From Meyerozyma guilliermondii (lineage: Eukaryota): a DNA stretch of 64,000 nucleotides. Made by a program: the position numbers and the translations under genes. The stretch is from the NCBI GenBank assembly GCA_051546255.1, contig CP128816.1, positions 744,001 through 808,000 of the forward strand, read 5' to 3'. Of the stretch, positions 62,670 through 64,000 are shown piece after piece. The notes under the pieces were generated by a model. It was given only the letters and a program-made list of their open reading frames with translations. It was not told where the DNA came from and ran no database searches. Every line of letters starts with the position of its first letter. Position 1 is the first letter of the stretch.

Positions 62670-64000
62670 TCAACATACACTCAACTTCCAGCCAAACTCA
62701 TCGCAGATATCTGTCCAGTCGATACACACATCGCCGTGCGGATTGCGTTTCCACGCTTCTTGGACAATTTCCCATATTCTGCCCACATTTCCAACTGTAT
62801 AAGTTGCCAGAAGCTTGTCGAAAATGGAGCGAACTTGAGCTCTATCGTACTCGTTACAGCAGCACATACCGCAAATCAACAACAGCATAGGAAGAGAAGG
62901 CACCAATTTGGAAGACATCAAGCTCTCGATGTAAGCCAACGAGTTCATGAAATGGAGCTGTACTTCGGAAGACAGTGGTTGGGTTTGCTTGATATAAAGC
63001 AAGAGATATATTTGACAGGTGAGTCGATAAAGCTCGAATAATGTCAAGTGCAAATCCACTTCACATTTGTCGTGGCTGATATGGGAGATCTGGCTTTGGT
63101 TGGGAGTACAATAATGGATATCCAGAAGTAGTTTGTTGTAGCGGGCTTCAACTTCGTGGCATTGTCGTATACGTCGCAACGTCAATTGTCGGTGGGCCGA
63201 ATTGTCGAGGTTCAAACCTTTTTTGTTGGCTTCTAGCATTTCCTGGTTGATCTTATCTCGCTCTTCTTTGAGCTCAACGTTGGTGTTCATGATGGACCCC
63301 AATAAGAGGAAAATGGGCTGGATACATCCTTGGTAGGGATCCACGCCATACGACCCCATATCAAAGCAGTTGTTGAAAAGACGGCTGTACTCTTCGATAT
63401 CGCAAGATGTGCCTCTTTTGAGGGTTGCTGACGAAAGTACGTCGTGGAATTGAAAGTTGGAAATCAACCATTTGGAGTCGTTCGAAAAATGGTTTTCTTG
63501 GCAGAATTTGACAATGCCTCCCCGTCGTTTGAGAAGGTTTGTACACTCGTTGAAAAGATAGTACCAGTTGGAAACATCTCCAGAACATATATCGATGCCC
63601 ATCAGAATCAAATAGTAGCAAATAGCTACGTACGTCCCATGGGTATCGAGATCCTCTCGGTTCAAGTAGGTGGATCTTATGAGCTGACGGGCCTTTTCCA
63701 AGTGGAATTTGACGGCTGGGCTGTCGTGACCGTCCAGAAACACTCCTCCCCATGCCGCTAGGGCATGCATAAGCGATTCTTCGGTCAGAGCCGCGGTGAA
63801 AAACGTTTTTAAGAAGTAGTTGCTTGATTCTGGAGACACACTGAGAATCTTGGCCACTTTGTTTTCGTAGAAATTGAGCAAACGAAGACCAGCTTCGTCC
63901 AAGTATAGACTGAAAGTAGAAGACGGCGATGATAGTAACGGCATGTCAAAATCGAGAAAGTCGGACGGGGAAAAGAGCTGGAGAAGGTCCGAGGGTGTCA
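62670..64000 (-). CDS. Fungal-specific transcription factor (Uga3-like C-terminal domain), 5'-partial
   Basis: Frame is open to the window edge; LMHALAAWGG, FQFHDVLSS, GVDPYQG, terminal IDWTDICDEFGWKL. Confidence 0.8.
   Translation of the reverse strand, partial: TPSDLLQLFSPSDFLDFDMPLLSSPSSTFSLYLDEAGLRLLNFYENKVAKILSVSPESSNYFLKTFFTAALTEESLMHALAAWGGVFLDGHDSPAVKFHLEKARQLIRSTYLNREDLDTHGTYVAICYYLILMGIDICSGDVSNWYYLFNECTNLLKRRGGIVKFCQENHFSNDSKWLISNFQFHDVLSSATLKRGTSCDIEEYSRLFNNCFDMGSYGVDPYQGCIQPIFLLLGSIMNTNVELKEERDKINQEMLEANKKGLNLDNSAHRQLTLRRIRQCHEVEARYNKLLLDIHYCTPNQSQISHISHDKCEVDLHLTLFELYRLTCQIYLLLYIKQTQPLSSEVQLHFMNSLAYIESLMSSKLVPSLPMLLLICGMCCCNEYDRAQVRSIFDKLLATYTVGNVGRIWEIVQEAWKRNPHGDVCIDWTDICDEFGWKLSVC

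Overview
Gene-dense nuclear DNA of a budding yeast in the CUG-Ser clade (Candida/Meyerozyma/Clavispora type; species not determinable from the sequence alone). CTG codons sit at invariant Ser positions, so the supplied ORF translations read Ser as Leu there. About 28 intact genes are present, mostly conserved housekeeping and regulatory genes (LTO1, LIN1, ORC5, POL2, YIF1, TPS1, PTC4, ATG14, VMA2, ACO2, BUD5, ECM32, BEM1, HAP3, ILV6, OPT, EIS1, MSN4, HPA3-like). Two genes are split by 42-44 nt spliceosomal introns that the ORF track misses. The most notable items are: a decayed second enolase with four disabling lesions and adjacent minisatellites; a GH130 beta-1,2-mannosidase-like gene inside an ancient syntenic block; an atypical Ras-like protein; an AT-rich left end with ATGA-overlapping hydrophobic ORFs that resemble a killer-toxin precursor remnant; and many short intergenic tandem repeats. 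No tRNA, rRNA, CRISPR array or recognisable transposon was found. All homology calls come from recalled motifs, not database searches.
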